Below are positions 26,244-35,051 of a DNA stretch of 64,000 nucleotides, in pieces (position 1 is the stretch's first letter; every line of letters starts with the position of its first letter). The stretch is from a bacterium (GTDB lineage Archaea; Thermoplasmatota; E2; JACPAO01; JAHFTW01). The stretch lies in the NCBI GenBank assembly GCA_040390065.1, contig JAZJZE010000011.1:96001-160000 (forward strand), written 5' to 3'. A model generated the notes under the pieces. It did no database searches and was not told the origin of the DNA. It saw nothing but the letters and a program-made list of their open reading frames with translations. Both the position numbers and the translations under genes were made by a program.

Positions 26244-26449
26244 GGCACGACGTCTTCCGCCGAGGGGACCAGCGCCCGTCATCCCTTGGGGCCGTCCAAA
26301 CTGCATTAGGGTCCCTGCTACACGAGAAAAGAAAAATCACGCACTACCCAACGTCGAGGCGCCTCGCCGGCAGGTGCCTCATGTCTCGACATGCTCGACC
26401 GTCGGGTTGCGGCGCAATCCTCCATCGGATATTGGGGGTTCTGGTGAGG

Positions 26450-26950
26450 CTATCCATCGAAGGGGCGGACGCCCGGCGGAAGGGTCGAGGAGGCGCCTTC
26501 ATTGCCAGGCGTCATCCTTCTCCCCGTGGCAGGACGCCCGCGGGCGACGGTTTGGCGCCGCTCCGCTGTGGTGCCCGTTACCGGGTTCGTGGACAGGATT
26601 AGGCCGTGAAGTGCATCTGAAAACGTGGCCCCCAGCTCTTCCTGAACCGCACGTACCTCGGGCTCCACTCGGGCTTGGCGGCATTTCGTGCGACCGCTCG
26701 GGTCCAGGCTGCGGCCTTCCCCGGCAAGCCTCTGCACGGCTTCTGGGTCGTCCGCCTGTTTGGAAACGAGCAAGCGTGAGAGCATGCGAAGAGGATTTCG
26801 ATCGGCGGGGACAAGACAGGTCTGGAGCTTTCCCGTTTGGTCCGGCACCAGGCCTGTCAAGGATCCCATCTGTGCTCTCATTAGGTCGAGGGTCACGGCT
26901 GCACGCGGCGTGAGCATGACGGTCACCCGTGGCGAAGGGTTTCGACTCAT
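26450..26950 (-). CDS. Hypothetical protein, possible DNA-binding regulator of the element
   Basis: 166-aa ATG ORF divergent from the recombinase unit. N-terminal RVTVMLTPRAAVTLDLM is loosely ribbon-helix-helix-like. Confidence 0.35.
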   Translation of the reverse strand: MSRNPSPRVTVMLTPRAAVTLDLMRAQMGSLTGLVPDQTGKLQTCLVPADRNPLRMLSRLLVSKQADDPEAVQRLAGEGRSLDPSGRTKCRQARVEPEVRAVQEELGATFSDALHGLILSTNPVTGTTAERRQTVARGRPATGRRMTPGNEGASSTLPPGVRPFDG

Positions 26951-27074
26951 TTTGCCTCAACATGACAATTCCGTTCGCTGTTTTAGTCGTAAGCCCGGGT
27001 AGAAGCATCATGGGCCCGCGTCGTCCAACCCCTCCGCTCGCCTCTGCAACCGCCAAATTCCTGGAGGAGTCCCC

Positions 27075-27287
27075 ATGATACTCCTGGCCTGGTGGCTCGG
27101 AAAATATGTGGGCGCCCCTGCCCCCAGGAAGAAATTCTCCAAGCGACGCCGAAAGACCGTCCGCGTCCCAGCGGCCGCCAGCCTGCCCGCGGCCGGACCC
27201 GCCGTTCCGGCAATGCCGCCTCCTCCGACGGTGACCCCCGCAGACCCCTCCTCAAGCCAGGCCCCCCGCGGGCAGAAGGAAACCTGA
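27075..27287 (+). CDS. Small basic/Pro-rich hypothetical protein
   Basis: 70 aa; its stop overlaps the recombinase ATG (TGATG). Could be non-coding. Confidence 0.3.
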   Translation: MILLAWWLGKYVGAPAPRKKFSKRRRKTVRVPAAASLPAAGPAVPAMPPPPTVTPADPSSSQAPRGQKET

Positions 27288-28492
27288 TGCCAACGATGGG
27301 ACTCGGGCTGCAGAAACACCTCATGACGAAGTTCTTGGAACGCCGAGGCATCGACCCCCAAACCGTCGACCTCGATGCCCTCCTTGACGCCTCGTTGTCA
27401 TTCAAAGAGAACCGAGCCAACCTCGCCGCACACCTACAGCTGCCAGGCGATTGGCAGAAATGGGAAGCCGAAGACCGCGCAGACGAAGCGGCCCCTCCGG
27501 CCCAAGTGCAACCGACAGGTTTCGGGGCCTTCGTGCCCCCGCCAAAACCGGTCCACGATCCGTCAGAGCGCGCCGCCTACGCCGGCCTGTCACCCGATGT
27601 AGCGGCCGAGTCCCTAGCCAAGACGATGGCCGAGCGCCGAAGCATTCGCGCCGTCACGCTGCGGCAGAAGACCATCATCCTCCGAGCCATCCTCAAGGAC
27701 CTCGCCCAACGTGGACTCGACCTTGCCACACTAACGCCACCGGACGTCGCGTTGTACCGGGAATACCTGAAGGACCGCGTCACCAGGGGCGACCTTGCAA
27801 CCAGCTCCGCCAGCCACCGCGCGAAGGTCCACAACAGCACGATGCGCCTAGTCTTCGACGACGAAACCCTCACGATGCGCGGATTCGCGGAACACCCGCG
27901 CCTCGTGGACCACCTCACCGAAGCCCAGTTCAGCATGCTGCTAACCGTCATCCACGACTACCCCGCCTTCAACGACCACGACGTCCTGCTGATGATTGCC
28001 TACCTGCATCTCGAATGGAGCATCGGGGCCCGCATCGGCAGCCTCGCCCCAGGACGCCTCGAGGTCGGCGACTTCGACTTCGAAGTCGGCGTCGTGCACC
28101 TGCGCTACATGAAAAACAAGGCCTCCCACACCGCCATCCTCTCCGACACCGCCGTCCGGGAGGCCAAGGAATGGATTGACACCATCAAGGGCGACCCCGC
28201 ATGGAAGGGCGACGCCACCCCATTCTTCATTCATTCCGACGGGAGCCTCGTGCAACCGGCCTGGTTCAACAAACACCTCAAGGCCCTTGGAAAGCTGGCC
28301 GGCATCCAGCAGAAGCTCACCACCCACGTCTTGCGAAAATCGGTCGGCACCATCCTCGCGAAAGTCAATCCGAAGTTCGCCGAGCAGCAACTCGGCACCA
28401 GCAGCCGCGTCTTTCACGAACACTCCAACCAAATGTCCCTTCAAGACCGCCAAGACCTGCGCCACCTCTTGCCCCGGACCGGCCGCGAATGA
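27287..28492 (+). CDS. Tyrosine recombinase/integrase-like protein (catalytic Tyr apparently absent)
   Basis: Start ATG 27287. GARIG (R), MKNK (K), THVLRKS (HxxR); the last box reads QLGTSSRVFHEHS instead of LGH...Y. Confidence 0.82.
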   Translation: MPTMGLGLQKHLMTKFLERRGIDPQTVDLDALLDASLSFKENRANLAAHLQLPGDWQKWEAEDRADEAAPPAQVQPTGFGAFVPPPKPVHDPSERAAYAGLSPDVAAESLAKTMAERRSIRAVTLRQKTIILRAILKDLAQRGLDLATLTPPDVALYREYLKDRVTRGDLATSSASHRAKVHNSTMRLVFDDETLTMRGFAEHPRLVDHLTEAQFSMLLTVIHDYPAFNDHDVLLMIAYLHLEWSIGARIGSLAPGRLEVGDFDFEVGVVHLRYMKNKASHTAILSDTAVREAKEWIDTIKGDPAWKGDATPFFIHSDGSLVQPAWFNKHLKALGKLAGIQQKLTTHVLRKSVGTILAKVNPKFAEQQLGTSSRVFHEHSNQMSLQDRQDLRHLLPRTGRE

Positions 28493-28740
28493 GCTCCCAC
28501 ATGCCGGCCCACTACGACGCCATTACGCTGTGGCGCCACGGCCCCGGCGCGCAAGACGGACACACACACGTGCGGAGGAAGGCCCTTGGGGGTTGATCTT
28601 CGTGCCACGAAGGCAGATGCCAGACGGCTCCTTCCCCCAGGCCACCCGGTGCGCGTCGTCTTGGAGGCCGAACCCGATGTCATCGAAGGTGACGCCACGC
28701 GGCTGGCGATGTTGTTGCGGCTGGTGTTGGCGCACCGCAG

Positions 28741-30045
28741 CTAGGGCATTTCCACGATGACTTGCTTGCCTAGGGTTGCCTTGTACGTCCACCCTTGTTC
28801 GAGCAGGGGAGCCACGTCGCCCAGCGCGACGACTCTTTGGCTGGCCGGGGCACGCGCCTTGGGCTGCCTGACGCCGGTGGCCAGGGCGTCCGTCATGACC
28901 TTCAGGACGGCTTCTTCATTCATGGCGGCCAGGTCCAGGGTGGACAGTTGTTCCGGTGTGGCGCCGCTGGCTCGCAGAAGGCCTTCGGCCAGCTTCCGCA
29001 TGGGATCAGTGGCAGCTTCACGATTGCTCTCCAAGTAGGGAAGTGCTTTGGAGTACCCGGCGCGCATCAATTCGATGCTGTTGGCGGGCAGTCCCTTCTT
29101 GCGGGTACTGTATGTGGCTTGGATTGAGCCGCGGTGTCCCATGAAGAACTTCCTCCATGATTCTAGGAAGCCCTGCGATTCGGCGAGTTGGCAGTGGTGC
29201 GCGTAGTAGGACCGCCACACGTAGGGTCGGCCCTGGACGTTGGCGGTTTGCATGGCGCGCCGGATGGCATCTCCGACATTGTTTCGAAGCATGAAGCGCG
29301 GCTCTCCGCCATAGGGCCGGAACAAGGGGCTGTCGGGGCCGAGGGCCTCGCCCTTCTGAATGCGGGTTCGTAGGTAGGCTCGGATGCGCTCGCAGCCTTC
29401 CAGTCCAAGGAAGAAGAAGAAAGCCTTGCCGCTCTTTGATAGGGAACGTTGTACATCGACTCGAACGGGAACGACGTCGAAGGCTACATCGTCTTCGCTG
29501 AGGACTATGCCTTGAACGTCCCGAAGGCGCAGGCCGTCTTGGCCTTCCTCCTTTCCCAGCACCTGTAGGCGTTGGCCACCTTGCGCGATGATGCAAATCA
29601 TGGCGGCTGTTCGGACCTCGGCTGCGTCCAGCACGCGGCGCAGCGCTGCCTGGTCGGGGATGGTTTCGTTCTCGGCGTTGAGGTAGTCCTCGGCGCCCGG
29701 GATAGCGATGTTGCGATGCAATTCGCGTTGATGCCATTTCAGAAACGAGGTGAGGGTGACGTAGAAGGCTTGCACCGTGGACCCTGCAAGTCCTTTCTTG
29801 AACATGTGGGACACGCAGGCGGCGGCCGTGTCCTCAAGTTGAGATTGCGACATGGACAACAGGTCGATGGGCGTCTTCCCGGTGGCTTGCTCGAGGTTGC
29901 GGCCGAGGCGCCGCAAATAGTCGTCCGCTGTCGCCTGATTCCGCCGGGCGAGGTTCTCGTACCATGTCCGAACCCCCTCATGAGGAAGGAGCTGCATATG
30001 CCAGTGCCGACCCGTCTTGTCGCCGCGGCGAACCACAAACCCCAC
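28741..30045 (-). CDS. Site-specific tyrosine integrase (archaeal, Thermoplasmata-like type)
   Basis: VRTWYENLARR...TADDYLRRLG N-terminus; GQRLQVLG (R), LSKSG (K), RPYVWRSYY, FFMGHRGSIQATYS (H, Y). Start is GTG 30045 or ATG 29997. Confidence 0.9.
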   Translation of the reverse strand: MGFVVRRGDKTGRHWHMQLLPHEGVRTWYENLARRNQATADDYLRRLGRNLEQATGKTPIDLLSMSQSQLEDTAAACVSHMFKKGLAGSTVQAFYVTLTSFLKWHQRELHRNIAIPGAEDYLNAENETIPDQAALRRVLDAAEVRTAAMICIIAQGGQRLQVLGKEEGQDGLRLRDVQGIVLSEDDVAFDVVPVRVDVQRSLSKSGKAFFFFLGLEGCERIRAYLRTRIQKGEALGPDSPLFRPYGGEPRFMLRNNVGDAIRRAMQTANVQGRPYVWRSYYAHHCQLAESQGFLESWRKFFMGHRGSIQATYSTRKKGLPANSIELMRAGYSKALPYLESNREAATDPMRKLAEGLLRASGATPEQLSTLDLAAMNEEAVLKVMTDALATGVRQPKARAPASQRVVALGDVAPLLEQGWTYKATLGKQVIVEMP

Positions 30046-30083
30046 CAGGCGGGCGGACGGCTTAACAGTTGTGCACTACAAGT

Positions 30084-30105
30084 AGTTCAAATCTGGTCAG
30101 ACCCA
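30084..30105 (+). other. att-like site: 3' fragment of a tRNA gene
   Basis: AG-TTCAAAT-CTGGT-CAGACCC-A = T-loop, 3' T-stem, 3' acceptor strand and discriminator. The 5' part of the tRNA is absent; the site lies 39 nt from the integrase start. Confidence 0.7.
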
Positions 30106-30107
30106 TT

Positions 30108-30251
30108 CCGAAGCGGGTTTCGTACCGCCCGCTCGCTCGGCCGCTCGCGGGCGGACTGAACCCACTTCGGTCCTCGCGAGGGCACTGGGGGGACGCTGCG
30201 CTCCCCCCATGTCCCTCTCGCGGACTGGGCCCTCGCGACGCTCGGGCCCAG
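30108..30251. repeat. Three tandem GC-rich imperfect palindromes (REP-like)
   Basis: CCGAAG.GGGTT..CCGCCCGC / GCGGGCGG..AACCC.CTTCGG; CGCGAG..TGGGGGGA / TCCCCCCA..CTCGCG; CTGGGCCC / GGGCCCAG. Loops share CGCTC. Confidence 0.6.
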
Positions 30252-30350
30252 GCCTCCAAACCTGCGCTCCGCGCCGCCTCCCACGGTTTCTCGTCATGCG
30301 AAGGCGCGTGTCCTCGTGTGCGTGGGCTAGGTGGCCGGATGCGTTGGCAG

Positions 30351-31394
30351 TCAGACCAAGTCTCGCCGGATTCGCCGTGCCGCATCCGCGATTCCTAGGG
30401 CGCATGCGGTGATGCCGGCGGCCGCGATGAGGGCCAGAGTGGCAAGGCTCGTCGCATCGGCGGGGCCTGTTGCCAGGCGCGCGATGAGGTTCAACGGGTC
30501 GCGCGGCAGGAACAGGCTGGCAACGCCGAGTGCGATGGCGACCAGGGCGTACGATGCTTGGACGGGGCCGTCGCGGCGCAAGCGGGCGGCGAGCGAGTAG
30601 CCGATGCCGGTGAGGACGAGCGTGATGGAGGTGCTGAGGGTTGCGAGCAGGGGCAAGTTGGCCACCGGCTGGCCGTTGGCCCAGAGGAGTGCCACCCAGA
30701 GGAGGAACTGCAGCGGCGCCAGCGCTAGCGGGACGAGGAGTTTGCCAAGAAGCAGGCGCGGCACAGAGATGGGCGACGAACGCAGCAGGAGCAAGGTCCG
30801 GCCTTGGATTTCCTGCGTGAAGGCGTCGCCGGCGATGGCGCCGGAGAGGAACACGGGCGTGAGAAGCAGGAGTGGCAGCAGCGTTGCGTACACGAACGGG
30901 TACGGCGCCGGGGAACGGGGCACGTCCTGCGGGAGTTCGACGACGTGCTGCGCCAGCCTGGTCTGGTTGGCCTGCCGCAGGTCGTGCTCGTATTGCTGCA
31001 GCAGGTCACGCATCTGTGTGACGATGAGGGTGGAGCGCAGGTCGCCGTCCGGGACGACGATGGTGATGGTGTGCACGCCGTCGGGGGCGATGCTTTCCTG
31101 CACGACGGCCTCGAAGGCGCCGGCGGCGAAGCCGTGCATCGCGTCGACCGGATTGTTGCGCACGTGAAGGTTGATGGTCGTGTCCATGACCTTGTCGAAG
31201 CCGCCGGGGCCGAGGTAGGCGACGTCGGCGGGGGGGTGGGCCGTGGCCGAGCCGGGGTCGTACAAGGCGAGGAGCCCGACGGTGAGGAAGGCGCTGAAGG
31301 CGGCGATGAAGAACTGCACCAGCACGGCGACGATGATGCTCCGTTCGCGCAGGACGTCGCGCAGTTCCTTGCCGGCGATGGCGCGTAGGCTCAC
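30351..31394 (-). CDS. ABC-2 type transporter permease
   Basis: Start GTG 31394 (GTGA overlap). IAGKELRDVLRER N-terminus; DAFTQEIQGRTLLLLRSSPIS..LLLGK; multiple TM segments. Confidence 0.88.
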   Translation of the reverse strand: MSLRAIAGKELRDVLRERSIIVAVLVQFFIAAFSAFLTVGLLALYDPGSATAHPPADVAYLGPGGFDKVMDTTINLHVRNNPVDAMHGFAAGAFEAVVQESIAPDGVHTITIVVPDGDLRSTLIVTQMRDLLQQYEHDLRQANQTRLAQHVVELPQDVPRSPAPYPFVYATLLPLLLLTPVFLSGAIAGDAFTQEIQGRTLLLLRSSPISVPRLLLGKLLVPLALAPLQFLLWVALLWANGQPVANLPLLATLSTSITLVLTGIGYSLAARLRRDGPVQASYALVAIALGVASLFLPRDPLNLIARLATGPADATSLATLALIAAAGITACALGIADAARRIRRDLV

Positions 31395-33061
31395 AGTCCG
31401 CCTCCTGCTGCCAGGACGGTGACGTTGTAGGCGGTGTGCAGGACGCAGGCCGACAGCCAGGCGAGGGCGGGCCACCCACGGCCCTTCCCGACGCCGAGGC
31501 CGGCGAGGGCGGCCGCGGCGGCGTGCAGCAGGAGAGGGGCGACCAGCAGGGTCAGGCCGCCTTGTGCACCAAGGAGCCGCAACGTAGGTCCCCCGAGGTC
31601 CAAGCCGCCGAATCCAGCCAGGCCGACGAGGAGGGCGAGTTTCTCGCCGACGAAGAAGCCGGCGCCGACCAGGAGTCCTGCCTGCCAGCCCGGTCGCCGT
31701 CGCTGTGACGAGGTGGCGAGGAGCTTGAGGGACTCCTCGAGAAACGCCGCGCCCATGATGAAGGCAGGGAAAGCGGCCTTGAGGCCCAACGGGATGAACA
31801 GGGCGAGGACGAAGAGTTCGAGTGCCAAGGCGAATGGGACGGCGAGTGCTCCTGCGAGAAGCAGGCCGCGGCGCGTTGCGGTCCAGCGACCGACTGCCGC
31901 GCGCAGTTTGGCGCCGAGATGCATTTGCGAGAACAGGGTCTGCTCGTTGTAGAGGCCGAACCCGACGAAGGCGAGTGCCGTCGCCGCCAACGCGAGCGGC
32001 AGGGTCGCATAGAGGAACGCGGCCCATGCCACGGGCTCGTTCTGGATGGATGCCGCGATCACGGTCACTGGGCTGAGGTAGGCAACCGGCGGGAGCGCGG
32101 TGAAGACAGCCGGCAGGAAGAGGAACGTGCTGAAGAGCGTCGTCGTGCCGGTGAGCAGGAAAGTCAGTTCGCGGGGGCTGCGGGCGACGTTGCCAAGGAC
32201 GAGCGCCGCGACGAGCACGAACGCAACGATGGGCAGGGCCGCAAGCCAGCCGATGCCGGTGGCGCCGATGGCAAGGCTCGAGGCGACGTAGACAATGGCA
32301 GCGGCGACGACGTAAGGCAGCGACCGGCCGACCAGGACGGCGCCGGGGGACATGGGAGCCGTCAGCACGAGGAGGCCGCGGTGGCGCACCCGTTCGGAGA
32401 GAAGGGAGCCGGCAAACAACTGCGCCAGGAAATTCATCGGGATGAGGTACGCGAACGTCAGAAGCAGGCTGCGGACGGGGAACGGTGGCTGGATGTCCCC
32501 GGGGCGAAGCCCGGTTTGTTGGTGGGCGGTGCCGCGCGTCTCGTTGACAAGCGATGCCGGAAGCGACGGCGTCGTCGCTTGGACCGGGCCAGTCGCCGCG
32601 GGAGGCGATGGGGCCGTCAGGTCGCGCGGTTGGTACGCGAGATTCACGGCAACGGGAAACGCCGCGGCCTGGTCGGATTCCTGGTCGAGGCGGGATTCCT
32701 GCCAGCGCAGCGCGGCGTCGTGCAGCTCCTGCGCCGCGGCGCGGCTGGCTGGATCGTCGCGGTCGAAGTCGAACGACGTTCCCGACAGGATCAGAAGGGG
32801 GCGCTCTCCGGCGGCAGCGAGGCGAAAACGCCCGTCGGACATTGCGGCGGGCCCGAGCTCTGCCCCGGGCCGGATCTCAATCGGGTACAACCCTGCGTCC
32901 GGGTGTAGGCCATGCTGCTGCACCGCCGGCCAAGCCAGCGCCAGGACCACGACGGCCGCCACGAGGCCATAGCGCGTGGCGCGGTTCTCGAAGGCGGAGG
33001 CAAGCTGCCGCACTTCGTGGCGCGCAACGGCCAGGACGGCCCCGCCGGTGCCTCTGCCCAC
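31391..33061 (-). CDS. ABC permease fused to PrsW-family intramembrane protease
   Basis: SLLSERVRHRG..VLTAPMS...GRSLPY permease motif; C-terminal EESLK, GAGFFVGEK, LHA, LHTAYN PrsW motifs. Confidence 0.82.
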   Translation of the reverse strand: MGRGTGGAVLAVARHEVRQLASAFENRATRYGLVAAVVVLALAWPAVQQHGLHPDAGLYPIEIRPGAELGPAAMSDGRFRLAAAGERPLLILSGTSFDFDRDDPASRAAAQELHDAALRWQESRLDQESDQAAAFPVAVNLAYQPRDLTAPSPPAATGPVQATTPSLPASLVNETRGTAHQQTGLRPGDIQPPFPVRSLLLTFAYLIPMNFLAQLFAGSLLSERVRHRGLLVLTAPMSPGAVLVGRSLPYVVAAAIVYVASSLAIGATGIGWLAALPIVAFVLVAALVLGNVARSPRELTFLLTGTTTLFSTFLFLPAVFTALPPVAYLSPVTVIAASIQNEPVAWAAFLYATLPLALAATALAFVGFGLYNEQTLFSQMHLGAKLRAAVGRWTATRRGLLLAGALAVPFALALELFVLALFIPLGLKAAFPAFIMGAAFLEESLKLLATSSQRRRPGWQAGLLVGAGFFVGEKLALLVGLAGFGGLDLGGPTLRLLGAQGGLTLLVAPLLLHAAAAALAGLGVGKGRGWPALAWLSACVLHTAYNVTVLAAGGGL

Positions 33062-33931
33062 CTATGCCTCCGCGGCGCGGCGCAGGATCTCGTCGAGTGC
33101 CGGCGGCACGGACTCGAGGTTCACGACCTGGCCGTTGGCGGCGCGGACGGCGGCCATGGCGACCTCGGCAGCGGCCAACCCGTCGAGCAGGCCCGTGTGC
33201 AGCGAGCCGGTTGGTGTGGACGCCGGGAACGCCACCGTGGCGTGCAGGCGGTAGCGGTGCGTCCCCCACTGCGCCCGCAGTTCCGACAACGTGCCGCGGG
33301 CCACGACGCGGCCAGCGTGCAGCAGGATGATGTCGTCGCACAACTCCTCCACCTGGGTCAGGTTGTGGGCCGACAGGAGGATTGCCTTGCCTTGCTGGCG
33401 AAGTTCCATGAGGAATGCGTCGAGTTCGCGGCGCGTCACGGGGTCGAGGCCACTTGCGGGCTCGTCCAGCAGCAGGACGGCGGGGTCGTGCAGGAGGGCG
33501 CGGGCGATGGCGACCTTGCGGGCCGATCCCTTGGACAGGTTGCCGATGGGCTTGCCCCAATGCTCCCTTGCCAGCTGCAGTGAGGTGAGCAGGGCCTCGG
33601 CGCGCTCGGCGGCGGCGTGCTTCGGCATGGAGTAGAGGCGTGCAAAGAACGCCAGGTAGGCGCGGGGCGTCTGGTCTTCGTACAGGGGCGAATCTTCGGG
33701 CAGAAAGCCGATGGAGGAACGCACCGGCGGATGCAGCGTGCTCGCCCCCCCGAGCGTTGCGGTCCCAGCCGTCGGTTCGAGCACGCCGCAGAGCATCTTC
33801 AGCACAGTCGTCTTGCCGGCGCCGTTGTTGCCGACGAGTCCCACGATGCGGCCGGGGCGGACTGCGGCGTCGAAGCGCTCGACTGCGACGGCTTTCCCGT
33901 ACGACTTGGCCAGCCCCGAAGCGACGAGCAC
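33062..33931 (-). CDS. ABC transporter ATP-binding protein
   Basis: GNNGAGKTT, LSKG, LLLDEPASGLDP, SAH. Confidence 0.95.
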   Translation of the reverse strand: MLVASGLAKSYGKAVAVERFDAAVRPGRIVGLVGNNGAGKTTVLKMLCGVLEPTAGTATLGGASTLHPPVRSSIGFLPEDSPLYEDQTPRAYLAFFARLYSMPKHAAAERAEALLTSLQLAREHWGKPIGNLSKGSARKVAIARALLHDPAVLLLDEPASGLDPVTRRELDAFLMELRQQGKAILLSAHNLTQVEELCDDIILLHAGRVVARGTLSELRAQWGTHRYRLHATVAFPASTPTGSLHTGLLDGLAAAEVAMAAVRAANGQVVNLESVPPALDEILRRAAEA

Positions 33932-33979
33932 GGCAGGGCCACCGGCCGCGGCGTTATGACGGTGGCGGGAGGGTTCCGG

Positions 33980-34438
33980 CTACTTCTCCACGACCCACTC
34001 GAACACCTTGTACGGCGTCTCGGCCATGCCGTGCCCCCGGTACGCGCGCAGCGCCTGGTCATTGTGGCCCGCGACGTAGAGGCGGATGGAGCGCACGTTG
34101 CCGGCGGCGCGTGCTGCGTCCTGCACCGCCCTGTAGAGTGCCGAGTAGACGTGCTGGCCGCGGTGGTCCGGTGCCACGTACACGGATTGGATCCACCAGT
34201 ACCACGCGTCGTGCCAATCGGACCACTCGAAGGTCACGTACGTGGAGCCCACGATTCGGCCGCCATGCTCCGCCACGAAGACGCGGCCCTTGCCGGCGTC
34301 GGCCAGGAGCGTATCCGTGCCGCGTCGGACGGTGGCGGCGTCGAGCTGCATGCCCTCGGATTCGCTGGCCATGGCGATCGTGTTGCGGGTCAACGAGGGC
34401 GCGTCGGCGTGCGTCGCGGCCCGGACCAGGATGGCCAT
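33980..34438 (-). CDS. GNAT family N-acetyltransferase
   Basis: EWSDW...WWIQSVYVAPDHRGQHVY, RLYV...N..A...Y. Confidence 0.9.
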   Translation of the reverse strand: MAILVRAATHADAPSLTRNTIAMASESEGMQLDAATVRRGTDTLLADAGKGRVFVAEHGGRIVGSTYVTFEWSDWHDAWYWWIQSVYVAPDHRGQHVYSALYRAVQDAARAAGNVRSIRLYVAGHNDQALRAYRGHGMAETPYKVFEWVVEK

Positions 34439-34480
34439 ACGGCGGCCACAGGGCTCACGCTCTTGGATTTACGGGTTGAC

Positions 34481-34507
34481 GAGAAGGGAAGGAAAAGGGG
34501 GAAAAGA
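34481..34507 (-). terminator. Pyrimidine-rich archaeal-type terminator
   Basis: Minus strand TCTTTTCCCCCTTTTCCTTCCCTTCTC about 50 nt after the stop at 34556. Confidence 0.45.
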
Positions 34508-34555
34508 TGGACTTGGACCTTGCGGGCCAGCCCACGGTCCTGTAGACCCGCGCGG

Positions 34556-34888
34556 TTAGCGGGGGCCGGCAGAGCCGCGGAAGCAGTCGCGGCAGAACAC
34601 GTCGCGGCCCGGGGTGGGCTTGAACGGAACTTGCGTCTGCGTGCCACAGCGGGAGCACGTAGCGTCGAACATGGGGCGGTCTGCCCCACGGTCGCCGCCG
34701 GCGCCACCGGACGGGCCGCCGAAGCTGCGGGGGCCACGGGGGCCGGCGCCGGCTGGGCGGTCCTTGCTGAAGCACTCCCGGCACTTGACGGGTCGGGTAC
34801 CCGTCGGCTTGAACGGGACGGTTGTCTGCTTGCCGCATTCGGCGCAGACCACATCAAACTCTTCGCGCGGTGCGCGATTCTCGTACAT
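34556..34888 (-). CDS. CxxC-x17-CxxC domain-containing protein (two copies of the domain)
   Basis: CAECGKQTTVPFKPTGTRPVKCREC and CSRCGTQTQVPFKPTPGRDVFCRDC. Start ATG 34888 preceded by AAAGGAG. Confidence 0.93.
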   Translation of the reverse strand: MYENRAPREEFDVVCAECGKQTTVPFKPTGTRPVKCRECFSKDRPAGAGPRGPRSFGGPSGGAGGDRGADRPMFDATCSRCGTQTQVPFKPTPGRDVFCRDCFRGSAGPR

Positions 34889-35051
34889 TCTAATTTCTCC
34901 TTTATGGAGGGACACGCGGGCCCCTCACGGTTTGTCCCACGAACCCCCCCTATTTAGAGACGGCTGTTCGGGAGAGTGGCCCTCCTTCGGGGCGTTTTCC
35001 TCCGAGAACGCCACGCCAAACCCCAAATGCTGGCGCCCTGTGGCCGGCGCG

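Larger units (their letters stand above)
1..30105. mobile_element. Putative tRNA-targeting integrative genomic island (left end outside window) carrying eCIS, effectors, defence-like operon and two tyrosine recombinases
   Basis: Tyrosine integrase (28741-30045) abuts a tRNA 3'-end fragment at 30084-30105. Accessory cargo lies to the left and housekeeping genes start to the right. No matching intact tRNA was seen in the window, so the left boundary is inferred to be upstream of base 1. Confidence 0.6.

Noticed and set aside
30061-30170. Intact tRNA gene
   Set aside because: Only the T-loop and 3' strand are present; no D-arm, anticodon arm or 5' acceptor strand. Reported as an att-like fragment.
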